Shown piece by piece: positions 1 through 13,016 of a stretch of 64,000 nt of DNA; the first letter of the stretch is position 1, and each line of letters begins with the position of its first letter. Made by a program: the position numbers and the translations under genes. The notes below the pieces were generated by a model. The model did not search any database. It saw only the letters and a list, made by a program, of their open reading frames with translations, and was not told the DNA's origin. This DNA is from Octopus vulgaris (taxonomy: Eukaryota): positions 33,542,001 through 33,606,000 of the forward strand of contig OX597823.1 in the NCBI GenBank assembly GCA_951406725.2, read 5' to 3'.

Positions 1-3000
1 AACAGTCAAAACCAGCCACTACACTAACCTCCACATTCCTACTCAATGCACAAGGTGTCAGCCCTTCCATCAATGCACAAAAATGGAAGGTCCAATTCAT
101 TGAAGACTGGGTTGGTAACCATTCACACCACATCCCTTTCTTCATTCTCACTGAGACCCACCTTGACAACTCCCACTTGGAAGCCGAAGTGAGAGTGAAG
201 AATTTCACAACCATCCGCGCGGATCGTATCGGCAGGAGGAAGGGTGGAACTGCCATTTTCCTGCATGATTCATTTACGGTAGATGGAAATAGTATATTCT
301 CCAACGGCTACTGTGAATCAGTCACCGTGCACAACAAAGCCAATGACCTGACAGTAATTGGGCTCTATAGGCCGCCCCAAACACCCATACTGTGCTTTAA
401 AGAATGCCTCAACAGCATTAAGTGCTTTATTCAACAGTGCCATTCTAGCAACATACTCATGATGGGAGACTTCAATCTACCCTGTGTTGACTGGACTACA
501 AACTGTTTGAAACCAAGCACTCCCGCCTCAACCGCTGACAAAGAAGCAGCAGAGTCACTTTTCGACTTTACGAATGAGTTTTTCTTGTCCCAACTTGTCC
601 TTGCACCAACAAGACATCAGAACATTTTGGACCTAGTGTTTAGTAACCACACTAACACTATACATAACGTTACAGTGGAAAAAAACCTTCTTTCAGACCA
701 TGACATGGTTCTCTGTAACATGAAATTCCACCAGCCGAAAGCTAATCCTAGTGACCTTCCTCCAGCCCACCCATTTGACAACATGGATCTCCATAAAGCC
801 AACTGGGATGCAATCAGGAACGAGCTATCAAATGTTGACTGGTCCTTTACACATACACACATCTCCACCAACCATAAAACATCTTGGCAGATCTTTGTAG
901 ACACCGTCACAGACATATGTGCAAAACACTCCCCACCAAGACCTGTGAACAAAAAGTGCAGAATCCCCCAAAACAGAAAAACCATTATCAGAAAAATAAA
1001 AAGAACAAACAAAAAAATTAACAAACTAAAGTACTGCCAACAGCAACACACACATTCGACGGCTATCGCACTGCTTGAATCCAAAAAATATAACCTCCAA
1101 CAATGCATGAAGACCCTCATCAATAACCAAAGATCAGCTGAGGAGAAGTGGGCCATTGAAAAAATCAAACTCAACCCCAAAGTGTTCTTTTCATTTGCAA
1201 GGAAACGCAGGGTCACTGTCTCCACTGTAGGCCCTCTAATTGACGAAACTGGCACTCTCCAAGATAATGCCAAATCCATGGCCGAGATACTGCAGAAACA
1301 ATACTGCTCTGTTTTCAGCAATCCTGATATGGCCGATCTGGGCTGTATCAGTGATGTCAACCCCCAACACACTATATCGGACATAACGTTTAGTGCCCCT
1401 GATGTCTTAGCGGCGATAAACGAAATAAAACACAATTCAGCAGTAGGCCCCGATAGGTTCCCTGCTTGTGTCCTGAAGGTGTGTCGACACCAACTTGCAT
1501 CTCCCCTTGCTAATCTGTGGAGAAACTCACTGGATGCTGGCTATATTCCAAAAAACCTTCTGTCCCAGTCTGTTGTCCCAGTTTTCAAAAAGGGAAACAA
1601 GTCCCTTGCAGTGAATTACCGTCCGATCTCACTCACCTCTCATATCATCAAGGTATTTGAGAGGGTGGTGAGATCTCGAATAACCCAATTTCTGGAAAGC
1701 AACAGACGGCTGATCTCCAACCAACATGGGTTCCGTAATGGAAGGGACTGCCTAACGCAGCTCCTGCATCACTTTGAGGACATTTTGAGAGCTTTGGGAG
1801 AGGGCTCCAACACCGATGTCATCTACCTTGATTTCAGTAAGGCCTTCGACAGGGTCGATCACAAGATCCTATTGAAAAAACTATCCAACATTAGTGTCTC
1901 TGGAAAGTTACTGAAATGGATCAAGTGTTTCCTGACAGACAGATCTCAACATGTTGTAGTTGAAGGGGTAAAATCAAGCCCAGCCAAAGTCAGTAGTGGC
2001 GTTCCGCAAGGCACTGTGCTGGGCCCACTTCTTTTCATCATTTACATCAATGACATTAATGACATCATCAAGCACAGCAACATAAAAATCTTTGCAGATG
2101 ACTCCAAGCTACAGAAGGTCATAAATGAGGCGAGTGACCGGACATGCTTTCAGTCAGATCTACTGGCTGTTATCCAATGGGCAGAAAAAAACAATATGCT
2201 GCTGAACGAGGATAAATTTGAGCTAATCCACTTTGGAAAAGAGGATGCCCTGAAACTCCCATACTCCCTTCCTTCAGGTGAAACTCACGCGGCGTCCAAC
2301 AACATCAGAGACTTGGGAGTAATTGTGGACAACAACATAAGCTGGGCCACTCATATAAACACCAAAGTTGACATGGCCCGCAGAATGTGTTCCTGGATTC
2401 TCAGAACTTTCCAGTCGAGAGATATCCACACCATTATCCTTCTCTTCTCCACTTTTGCCCGACCCCACCTTGAATACTGTTGTCCACTGTGGTCTCCCCA
2501 CACAATACAAGGTATCATAAAAGTTGAAGCACCTCAAAGGGCAATCACAAAAAAGATAGATGGCATGACAGGCCTCGACTAATGGGGTCGACTAGAAAAG
2601 CTAAAACTCTATTCTCTCCAACGTCGTCGTGAGCGCTACATCATCTGCATGATGTGGAAAATATTCCATCAGCATTGCCCAAATGATGTTGGCATCACCT
2701 TTAAGGTACATCCAAGGCTTGGGCCCCGTGCCATCCGCCCAAAACAAAAATCGCACTCTCATCTCATAACAACAATACGGCACAATTATTTCACCTCAAT
2801 TGGCCCCGCTCTCTTTAACATTACACCAAAACACATTAAAACAGAAACTGACCCTATAGGGTTCAAGAAGTCTTTGGACAGATTCCTTCAAGAAATCCCG
2901 GATAAACCCCCTACACCCGGATATGTCTCTGTAAACAATAACTCTCTACTTGAGTGGGCCATAGTGTCCAAATTCTGACTTGAAAGACTTCACCAGGTAG

Positions 3001-3060
3001 TGCTATTAAGTTAGACATGGCCTGGGCCAATAATGGCCGAAACCTATCAAATTATCAAAG
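1..3060 (+). mobile_element. CR1-group LINE, APE endonuclease + RT ORF2 with 3' UTR; 5' end lies outside the window
   Basis: Frame open from nt 3. EN motifs LLNAQG, ILTETHL, GLYRPP, MGDFNLP, PTR..NILDLVF, SDH; RT motifs NYRPISLTS, QHGFR, YLDFSKAFD, GVPQGTVLGPLLF, FADD; C-terminal RDLGV, RPHLEYC. Ends in a short tail followed by (TA)n. Confidence 0.93.
3..2978 (+). pseudogene. LINE ORF2 (EN-RT) broken by one in-frame TAA at 2580-2582
   Basis: The 801-aa ORF and the 109-aa ORF at 2649 are in the same frame; read-through gives GLD*WGRLEKLKLYSLQRRRERY, homologous to SYWERLKRLKLYSLERRRERY of the neighbouring LINE. Confidence 0.88.
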
Positions 3061-3130
3061 TATATATATATATATGATATATATATACTATATATATACT
3101 CTATATATATACTGTATATGCATATTTATA

Positions 3131-3174
<44 letters not shown>

Positions 3175-3229
3175 AAACACACACACACATATATATATAT
3201 ACATATACTATATATATATATACATATAT

Positions 3230-3293
<64 letters not shown>

Positions 3294-3340
3294 AACAAGT
3301 CAGAATAGAAAATGCTAAAATAATTTTATAGTGAACATTT

Positions 3341-3378
3341 CAGTACCGGTTTCGGTCATTTTGAGACCTTTTCAACTG
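3341..3378 (-). ncRNA. Minimal type-I hammerhead ribozyme motif, U3-A8 core variant
   Basis: Minus strand: cag TTGAAAA ggtc-tcaaaat-gacc GAAA ccgg TA ctg (stem I cag/ctg, stem II ggtc/gacc, palindromic ACCGGT stem III, GUA triplet). Confidence 0.7.
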
Positions 3379-3488
3379 TAACGATTAAATAATTAAATTT
3401 AGAAAAATTAGAAGAAAAGTTTTTTTAAAGGAATATTTCTATAGTAGTGTTCAGATATAAGTGGCATTCTGCCTTTCTCTGACTCCCT

Positions 3489-3520
<32 letters not shown>

Positions 3521-3523
<3 letters not shown>

Positions 3524-4271
3524 CGCGACCTTTCATGTACATGTTGCTAAACTGGCAATGAAATGTAGACGGCTGGCTGGCTGGATTCTTAGAACCTTTA
3601 GAACAAGAGAACAAGAAACCATGATGGTCCTCTGGAAGACACTTGTCCTAAGCCACTTTGACTATTGCTCTCAGCTATGGTCACCATCCAGTGTCAAGTT
3701 GATCACAGAACTTGAGGCGATCCAACGAAGCTACACGAAGAAGATAGCCTCTGTGCAGCATATGAGCTACTGGGAAAGACTCAAGAGATTAAAGCTCTAT
3801 TCCCTGGAGCGTAGGCGAGAAAGATATGCCATAATATATATCTGGAAGATCCTGGAAGGACTTGTCCCAAACTTTGGCATCGAGAGTCACACAAATGCCA
3901 GAACCGGGCGCCACTGCGTAGTACCAAGGACTCCAAATTTGCCATCAAGATGTAGGACAAGATATTGTGATAGCCTGGGCTTCAGAGGCCCACAGCTCTT
4001 CAATATCCTCCCAAAGAACCTGAGGGACCTGCATGGTGTAGATGCGGATGTCTTTAAAGTAGGACTGGACCTCTTCCTGTCAGGTGTCCCGGATGAACCA
4101 ACTTCACGGCAAGAGGTGCAGATGAGGGCAGCTGCATCGAACTCTCTCATGCATCAGATGGCGTTTGCTAAAAAGCATCCGTGAGGTAAAATCGTGTAGC
4201 AAACCAAATGGCGGTGCCCCAGCATGGCCACAGCTCATTAGCTGAAACTGGAAAAATCAAAATCAAAATCA

Positions 4272-4275
<4 letters not shown>
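3521..4275 (+). mobile_element. 5'-truncated CR1-group LINE (second family) inserted in (TA)n
   Basis: ORF 3558-4184 (GWILRTF, HFDYCSQLWSP, YSLERRRERY, GPQLFNILP) is homologous to the C-terminus of the first LINE; tail ggcggtgccccagcatggcc...gctgaaact then (aaatc)n. Confidence 0.88.
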
Positions 4276-4318
<43 letters not shown>

Positions 4319-4333
4319 TCATACTATATATGT

Positions 4334-4640
4334 GAAGGCGCATGACTCAGTGGTTAGAGCGTCGAGCTTACGATCGTGAGGTTGTGAGTTCGAATCCTGG
4401 ACCGGGCTGCGTCTTGTGTTCTTGAGCAAGATACTTTATTTCACGTTGCTCCAGTTCACTCAACTGTAGATATGAGTTGCGATGTCACGAGTGCGAGATT
4501 GTATCGGCCGTTGACTTGGTCTGGAGAGGGGAGGCTGGTATGCATGGGCGACTGTTGGTCTTCCATAAACAACCTTGTCCGGACTTGTGCCTGGGAGGGT
4601 AACTTTCTAGGTGCAATCCCATAGTCAGTTATGCAACTAT
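4334..4640 (+). mobile_element. tRNA-derived SINE, family B (octopus OR-like)
   Basis: A-box-like tgactcagtggttagagc, B box gagttcgaatcc, body ttgagcaaga(t/c)actttatttcacgttgctccagt shared with 24665, 25790 and 51415. Confidence 0.8.
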
Positions 4641-4685
4641 ATATATACATATACTATATACTATATATATATATATATAAACATA

Positions 4686-4719
<34 letters not shown>

Positions 4720-4769
4720 TAAACATATACTATATATATATATACATGTATATACATACATACATATAT

Positions 4770-4809
<40 letters not shown>

Positions 4810-5221
4810 GTGTATATAATTATTTAATTTATAATTAGTTTATTTGTTCAATTGTAGACCTAAATGTATATGGATATGTATGTGTTTGTATATATTGATT
4901 TATATGTTCATGTATAAATGTACGAGTATATATATATATATGTATATATATATGTATATATATATTGGGTAGGACTATATATATATGTATCTGTGACTTT
5001 GTGTAAGAATATATCAATATATATACATATACTATATATATATGTATATATACATATACTATACATATATATATATATATATATGTATGTATATATACAT
5101 ATACTACATATATGTATATATATATATATACACACACACACATATATATATATATACACATTATATATATATATATATATATATGTGTGTAATATATATA
5201 TGTGTGTAATATATATATATG

Positions 5222-5268
<47 letters not shown>

Positions 5269-5407
5269 TAATATATATATATATATATACAAAAAGCAAT
5301 AAAGATTCAAGTTAATTTAAATGAATTTACTTGAATATGGTACCTAACTTAGATGCACCAAAAAAACTATACGGTTTTAACAATACAGTAATGTGGGGTG
5401 ATTATAA

Positions 5408-5614
5408 GCGAGAAAGAAGCAACAAGAATGGATAGGTTTTTAGTACAATCGTTTCAGCCTCAACCACTAGGATGTCTAGAGAACTCACATGTATTTTAGC
5501 TGATGAGTACGGGACACGTTTATATGCTGCAATTTTTGCAACTTTTAATAAAGCCTGTCCTTGTATGAAACGATTGTACTAAAAACCTATCCATTCTTGT
5601 TGCTTCTTTCTCGC
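5408..5614 (+). ncRNA. Hammerhead motif (5494-5584) within a 49-bp inverted repeat (PLE pseudo-LTR remnant)
   Basis: ttttag CTGATGA gtacgggaca...tgtccttgtat GAAA cgattg TA ctaaaa; 5408-5456 is the exact reverse complement of 5566-5614. Confidence 0.75.
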
Positions 5615-5656
5615 GTATATATATATATATATATATATAAGTTTTATACATATATG

Positions 5657-5700
<44 letters not shown>

Positions 5701-5702
<2 letters not shown>

Positions 5703-6116
5703 TAGCAGCTAAGTCCAGTTTCAACCGCTCTGTTTGGGTGATATGGCTGTGATCGTTTTCGGTTAGGCATAATCTATAACAGCGTTTGTCAGCCTTATCA
5801 TTTCTGGTCTTCTGTTTCGATTGGAGCCTCCAGCTATATGAAAATTCCCTGATTCTCCCCCACCCTTGCCAGAAAACAGATTCAGGAGTCGTGAAGAACC
5901 AATTTGTACGTAGTCTGTTTCTGAGAGCTATTGAATTGGACCTCTGTCTAATCATTAAAACATTTATTTAATTATGAACATATAAAGAAATTATACAGTA
6001 ATCCCTATTTTTGTAAGCAGTTGTGTCTGTAAAAATTTTATTTGCAGAGAACAGAAATTGAAAGAAGATATATAAAACGGACGTGTGTATGTGTGTGTGT
6101 GTATGTGTGTGTGTAC

Positions 6117-6159
<43 letters not shown>

Positions 6160-6430
6160 CGTGGTTACGCATGTGTATGTGAGAGAGAAAGAGGATGGTA
6201 AGGAGAGAGTGAGCGAAGGTGTGTGTCATGATGATTGAGGTATTTGTACGTAGTCTGTTTCTTTTTATTTGCAGAGAGCAGAAACTAAAAGAAGATATTT
6301 GAAATGGACGTGTATGTGTGTGTGTGCGTGTGTGCCTCTGTGCTTGTGCATGTGTATGTGAGAGAGAAAAAGGGTGATAAAAAGAGATAGAGTGAGTGAG
6401 TGAAGGTGTGTGTCGTGATGATTGACGTCT
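5701..6430 (-). mobile_element. Probable non-autonomous Helitron-like element with internal ~200-bp tandem duplication
   Basis: Minus-strand end ...gcggttgaaactggacttagctgCTAGT (hairpin + CTAG); diverged duplicate 6037-6238 / 6264-6425. Confidence 0.4.
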
Positions 6431-6669
6431 TTTAAGGTAAACCCCCCAAAGAGGTGAAAGAAGAGAGACAGTATAACGAAAGCTTTGGCTGACTGTCATC
6501 CTGTACTCCCTTTGTTGCTAGCGAAATGGTATATGCCTACTGTGTGAGCAACTGGTTGTTATAATGGCAGAACAAACGGGAATTCCATTAGAAAAGTTTT
6601 AATCGATTTTCTCTGTAAGTATGGGGACTAAGAAAAAAATACTAACCGCATTCCAATGCGGAATTTCTT

Positions 6670-7210
6670 GCTAAGTTTCATGCAGTTAATCTCAAAAGAA
6701 CTGGCTTTGAAGATGCTTTCCTGGTCTTTTCATGAAGTGTCCTGTCCATAATGTCCCTGAGGTGTTCAATAGGGTTCACATCTGGTGACTGGGTTGGGAA
6801 TGGAATCTTTTTGATGCCATTCTCATCCAACAAATCTTGGGTCATTTTAAGCGTGTGACAAGGAACCCCCATCATCCATAAATAGTCTTCTTTAATCATT
6901 TCACCATTGGAGAAGATTGGAAGGAGTTCTTTCTGCAATACGGACATGTATTTGAGTTTATGTTTCCCTCACACTCCACCAGCCCCGATCAACCATTGCT
7001 CCAAATTGCTCCCCAGACCATCACAGAATAGCTGCCGTGTTTGATTGTTGACTGCAATCTTTTCACATCAAATTCTTGATCACAGAGTTTCCAGACCCAC
7101 ACTCGACCACTGTCAGGAAATACAGCAAATTTGGACTCATCAGAGGTTATGACAGTGTCCCAAAATCCTAGTGGCCTCTGCACCATCTCACTGGCCCAAA
7201 TCATGATCCA
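6670..7210 (-). mobile_element. Tc1-type (DD34E) transposase fragment
   Basis: VITSDESKF, GSYSVMVWGAI, ..PCH, QSPDVNPIEHL across frameshifted ORFs 6989-7204 and 6678-6947. Confidence 0.85.
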
Positions 7211-7687
7211 TACTTACATACATTCATGCATAGGTGCGCGTATATATGGCGCATGCATATATAGACAATGAATATAAAGAATGAGGTTGTATGAAGAACA
7301 TTAAAACTGGTTTCTCTTAAAGTAACTCATGTCTACAAACAAATTCTTGTAAACGTCAATGAGAACGCTAACGCTCTTAATTCAGTAAAAACAATAAATG
7401 TTGATGAATTAAATTCACAGCCGTAGTCATAAGATAAAAATCATTAGTTAAATTATTAATTCTACTCAGACAGCATTCGGCTAATGAAACCATGGACGAT
7501 ATAAAAATTATAATTCAATATGGTATCTACCCATAAGTAGGTACTTATAAATTCGGCCGTTAACAATTAAGTATTTTCGTTTCGTTTCACTTTGCAAATT
7601 TTGTTTGCCACAAGTATTATAGTTTGTTTGCATTTGATAAATTATCTACGTAGTTGATTATCTTTTCAAGACCTTATTCATTTGGAC

Positions 7688-8043
7688 TAGTGGTTCTAAC
7701 TCGGGCTCCATATCGCCCCTGAAGGTCCATATAAAATTTTTGGGGGTCCGAGCAACAAAATAGTAATTTGGTGGTGGTGGGGATCTACAACAGTATTTTA
7801 AGGGCCTTTGAAAAAAATTTGAGTTAGTTATATGTATCGGTATGTATTGCAAGAAACTGCTAAATGTCTTTCTCCGACGTTTTACATGGTTTAACCGTCA
7901 CAAGTTAATGTCCGTAAAACAAAAGATGAATTTTGAAAGGAGATTCTATAAAACTAGTTTTAAACATGGAAAGACAATGGGGATCCCCCAGAGTAGAATA
8001 GTAATCAAAGAGTTCATAGGTAAAAAAATGAATGAGAATCTCT
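7688..8043. mobile_element. Decayed hAT/Charlie-like MITE
   Basis: Ends tagtggttctaac / gagaatctctg resemble CAGTGGTTCTCAAC TIRs; internal ggtcc(a) repeats. Confidence 0.4.
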
Positions 8044-8739
8044 GATTTAGTCACTTTTCAAATGTTTACTCTTATTGACTTTTTATGGCAGTTATTCTGA
8101 CGACCATAAAGTTTTTTTTTTAATGAACCAGATCTTGTCATATGCTGATGAAAGGACTGTAAAATAGCATCGGTTGCAGTGTCTGATGCATCAACTACAG
8201 GCAAATGCTTTGCATCGGAGACACGGTGTGCAAGGAGGGATGCTGTAGAGAGAGTGTTTCCCAGCGTTAAAAACCTGAGTTAAGCATGTGCAAGTGAAAC
8301 GAAATCATTCTCCATGCGGCGGGTCTGGAGAAGCTCGGTGAGTTGAGGCAGTAGTCCAGTGCGGTGAAGAATGAAACGGCATAACTTCAACCAAAATCGA
8401 ATTTTACATTATGGCGACAAGCCCAAAAAATTCATCCAAAATGAGGCGTTGAGTTCGGCTGCGCAAGCGTAAGGCATGACTACAGTACAATGAAGAAAAA
8501 AGGTAGCCATATTGGAAACATTTGCTGAATTACTTATTACAAATATATATATATATATTTGGAGGTGAAATATTTCCTGAAAAAATATTTCAACGTTCGG
8601 ATCATCAATTTAGTGCTGTATATTTTATTGTGTGTGTGTTAGAAATGTATGTGTTTTACGTGGATGTAAAAAATATAAGAAGGTATGTTTCTTCCGTTAG
8701 ATCAAATATAACAATCTATTCCTTGATGGTAGTTCACAC

Positions 8740-10584
8740 GGTGCTAGGACAATTCGTTCCTGGTTATTTCGTCGTCGGTTAATTAGTCCCCGATCAATCC
8801 GTCGTTAATCAGTTCATTTCCAGGTCAATTCGTCCCAAAATACTCTTAAATGTGGTTTTCGAGGGAAAGTTTAGAACAATCATTTTAGAATTAAAATTGT
8901 CATTGGGCAATTTTAGATATTTTTTTCCTTTCTTTAACCCACCTCTTCTCTCAAGTTTCTGCGCTGAACAGTTTACGAACAAATATTTTCAAGTAAATCG
9001 AATTAAATTTATTCAATACGCTTGCCCATCAACATGACTGCTTGCAAGATCATAACTTCAGAGAAAGGAAAAATCAAAGTGGTCGATTAAGAAAATTATA
9101 CATGCACAAAAAATAAGCAGAATGCAGATGGATTGAAGATATACTGGAAGTGCGAAAATCATGTATGCAAGGCGAGGCTTCATACAGATGAAACTATAAA
9201 GACCTTAAGATGACTGGGATCCATAATCACGCTTCAACTACTGTAGAGGTAAATGCAAGGATAATAGTTTCAAATATCAAAGTCTATTTCATCTCGTGAT
9301 GCTCCGCTCTCAATTATCGCTAGTGAAGTTCAGAATTTAAACCACTGTACATTGTCGCAAATACATCCGTTTGCACAGCTTAATAGGAATATTAGACGTC
9401 GGAGGCAAGTTGATTCCAGCACTCCTGCCACCCCACTTACAAATGTTGGGTTTTCCATTCCAAGTGAATACTTGTACCTTGACAATGATGAAACGTTTTT
9501 AAAGTATAACAGCGGGATGGAAGATTCAAAACGAATAACTAGTATTTGCAAGTGACGAAGCACTTCGACAGTTAAAACAGTACAAGAACTGAGTGACAGA
9601 TGGAACATTAAAGAGCTGCTCTAGTATATTTTTTCAGTTACATATACTTCACATTCAAATTGATAATTTTAATGTCCCACGATTGTTCACATTGCTCTCT
9701 GACAAAACTCAAAACATATAGTAGACTTTTTGCCAAAATAAATGAATTACTATAGAATGAGGGACCTTATAATATAATTATGGATTTCGAAAAAGCAGCG
9801 CATAATGGATATCTGGAAACGTTTCGAAGGTCAAATTTGGCATGCTGCTTGTTTCATTTAGGACAAAATATGTTTAAGCATGTTGTGCAAGAAGGACTAA
9901 AATGTAGATATTACGAAGATGACAGTTTTAGTCCAAAACTGCAGTGTTTTGTTGCCCTTGCCTTACAGCCAGCTGATATGAACAACTTGTAGATGATGAT
10001 GATGATATTCCTCAGTCAAATTGTATCCTATTTTGAAAATTATTATATAGGACCACATAGAGGAAGAGGACAGAGGAGGTGATGCCTTGAACCGCCATTT
10101 CTATTACCTATATGGAATGTTTGGGATCGAAGTATGACGGGGATTGCTCGTACTACAAATAGTTTAGAAGCCTAACACAGATCGCTGAAAAACACAGTGA
10201 TTATCAGCCATCCAAGTATTTGGAAACTTATTGATGTGATTAAATGTGAGGAAAGGTTTGCCAGTACCAAATTGCAGAAATTCATGCAAGGAGGAGAACC
10301 AAGCCAAAAGAAAAAATACAGAGATATGAACCTGCGTATAAAGAATGTCATAGCAAAATTATTTTTCTAAAAGCAATTGCAGACAATCTTAAACTTTAGG
10401 AAAAAATAAATATGTAATACAGCAAACCTTCAAATAAACGTTTTTTTTTTTTAAATTCAGATATTTGTTCTTCCATTTTTTCCTACGATCTCGACGAATT
10501 GACCTGGGACGAATTGACCAACGACGAACTGGCCGGGGACGAATTAACCGACGACAAATTGCCGCCGACAAATTGACCGACACC
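8740..10584 (+). mobile_element. Mutator-like element (FLYWCH + MULE transposase), degenerate, complete with TIRs and TSD
   Basis: IYWKCENHVCKARLHT..HNH (FLYWCH), DGT, DFEKAAHN, CLFHLGQN, RTTNSLEA*H, HPSIWKLI; TIRs built from ~15-bp ggtcaattcgtcccc subrepeats; TSD gttcacac (8732-8739) / attcacac (10585-10592). Confidence 0.88.
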
Positions 10585-11804
10585 ATTCACACATAACATA
10601 GTAGAAAGTATATCACAAGGTAATGCTAAAGTTAAACAGGGTGTAATGTGAGACATAAATTAATTCACCCATAACTTCCGAGGTAGTTAAGAGCTGCAAG
10701 GTGTAAATTGATGCAAAAATCTAATGAGTGTAGTTTAGTTGCGAAGGGAAATAGAAATCCCAAGGTAGTAAAAATGATGTTTACTAATTGGCGTTAAATC
10801 AGCGACGTGTCTTGTCATCTGGATGTTCAATCAGCAACTGGTGTTTCCGACTCAAAGTTCTATCAGCAACTAACTTTTGCGCTTGAAAAAGGCGCGCTTC
10901 ACTGCTGTGCGGAAGTTGCTACATGTATCCTTCCGCAGCCAGCAGTAATTGGATGAAATGGGCATAGCACGACTGTGCTATGCCGCCACCACAAAATAGT
11001 GCTAACATGCTTCACTACAAAGTCATCTAAGTAAATATAAATACTGAACAATGTATACATTGAGAGTTTCAGAAATAAACAATTTTATTTAAACAATATT
11101 ATAAGATTATTATTTACTAAGCTTTCGCTGGGAAAGATCACCCAAATTTCTATTAATTACCCAAGTATTTACCGAACATGCCATATATTTTTCTGAAACT
11201 GAGATTAGAGTGAAAATTATTGATTTTTAACCTAATTCTTTCGATGACACTGATGTATTTAAACTGAATATATCTTCTATTATAATAATACTCTTGTGTT
11301 TTTCTCCATCACAACATTTGAATGAGAAAGGAAGAGGAGATAGATGAATAAGGAATGAATGAATGAATGAAGGAAGGAAGGAAGGAAGGAAGGGGTGATG
11401 GCAAACTTGGTAGTGGTATGATGGAAAATCTAGGATGAAAAAAGAATCAAATCGCGATTCAACTCTGCGTGAGTATATGCGTGTGTGTGTAAAAGGAAAG
11501 TATGTGAATGTGTGTGTGTGCAATGGAAGTGGGATGGTGAACATTCAACGTTGAAAAGAAAAATTAGACAGCGTTTCAACTCTGTGTATTTGGTATTTAC
11601 TTGCCAGCTTCCATATTTACTCACAGCCAATTTTATGTGGCCTTAAGTCGGACAAGAAAGAAGGAAAACTTTAAAATTCTATTGAAACAGGTAGTCAAGG
11701 AATATTAGCTGCAGATAGATTTTTCGCAAAAAATTTGGTAATAAAAGAATTATTAAACTCAAAATTTGGTTTTGTACCTTATTTATATATAAAATACTAC
11801 AATT

Positions 11805-11838
11805 AGCCGTCATTTTTGACGGTACGGAGTCAGCTAGC
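11805..11838 (+). mobile_element. Possible Helitron 3' terminus
   Basis: Hairpin ccgtc-attttt-gacgg followed about 11 nt later by CTAG. Confidence 0.35.
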
Positions 11839-12769
11839 TTTATATAAAAGTTAACAGTTTAAACGGACAAACAATTTGAAATTGATATTTTAACATGTCA
11901 CCAGCAGACGATAGTTGTTTAACTCCAAGACAACCATGCCAGAGCAGATGTATGATCAAAGAGCATTCCAGTTATTCCCATGTGGCACTTTTGTATACTT
12001 AAGACCATATTTTCATATTTAAAAAAAATCGTGAGCCTCAGGTTTTATATGGACGGTCACTCGATTTTCATGGAGTATAAATGACCGATAATATAATGTT
12101 CCCCCTGAATGGGACGCTAGACCGTTGCCGGGTTCAAGGCCAGTTATTTTGAGGTTAGGAGACAAATTCATTATATAAATCCTAGTATTCGGCTGGTTCT
12201 CCGTTTTATCATCCCTGAAGGGATGAAAAAACAAAATTGACCTTGGCGATACTGAGCTCAGAACTTAAAAGGCAGGAAGAAATACTGCTAAACATTTTTT
12301 CCCCCAAGGGCCTAACGATTCTGTCAATTTGTTGCCTTCACAAATCCACATACATTCCATTTCAAGATGGTGAAATGTTACTTGAGGGAGATTTTACTCG
12401 TATTTCTAGTAAGTAGCATGACTAGTGGATGGCGACTTTTACTACATCACAATATTAACTGTCAGTCAGTGATACACGCGAAAATATTAACGGTGGCGAA
12501 AGAAACCACTTAAAAGAAAGAATTGATCGAATTTAATTTATAGTCTTTTTCATTAAAAGTACATCAAAGAGCAGCTGTTCCCTTACCTCTCTCTCCCTTT
12601 AAGCTATCAAACACACGCAAACAAAATATAAACATACACACACACACACATAATGTGCGCATAATGATTTTAAGAATCAATTTGTAACATACACATACAT
12701 GCACTGACATATAAACTGTAGAAACTGCCTTATGTGATCTCTTTGGAAGAAAATCTTTTCGATAATAAC

Positions 12770-12917
12770 TGCGATGGAAGAAGCTTGCTTCGCAACTACA
12801 TGGTTCCGGGTTCAGTCTTACTGCGTGGTACCTTGGGCAAGTGTCCTCTATTATAGCCACGAGCCGACCAAAGCCTTGTGAGTGGATTCGGTAGACGGAA
12901 ACTGAAAGAAGCCCGTC

Positions 12918-13016
<99 letters not shown>

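Noticed and set aside
617-1435. 272-aa minus-strand ORF
   Set aside because: Antisense shadow of LINE ORF2 with no recognisable motifs.
8140-8200. CTGATGA hammerhead core
   Set aside because: No properly placed stem II, GAAA or stem I.
10490-10584. CRISPR-like regularly spaced repeats
   Set aside because: 15-bp tandem subrepeats of a MULE TIR; no spacers or cas genes; eukaryotic context.
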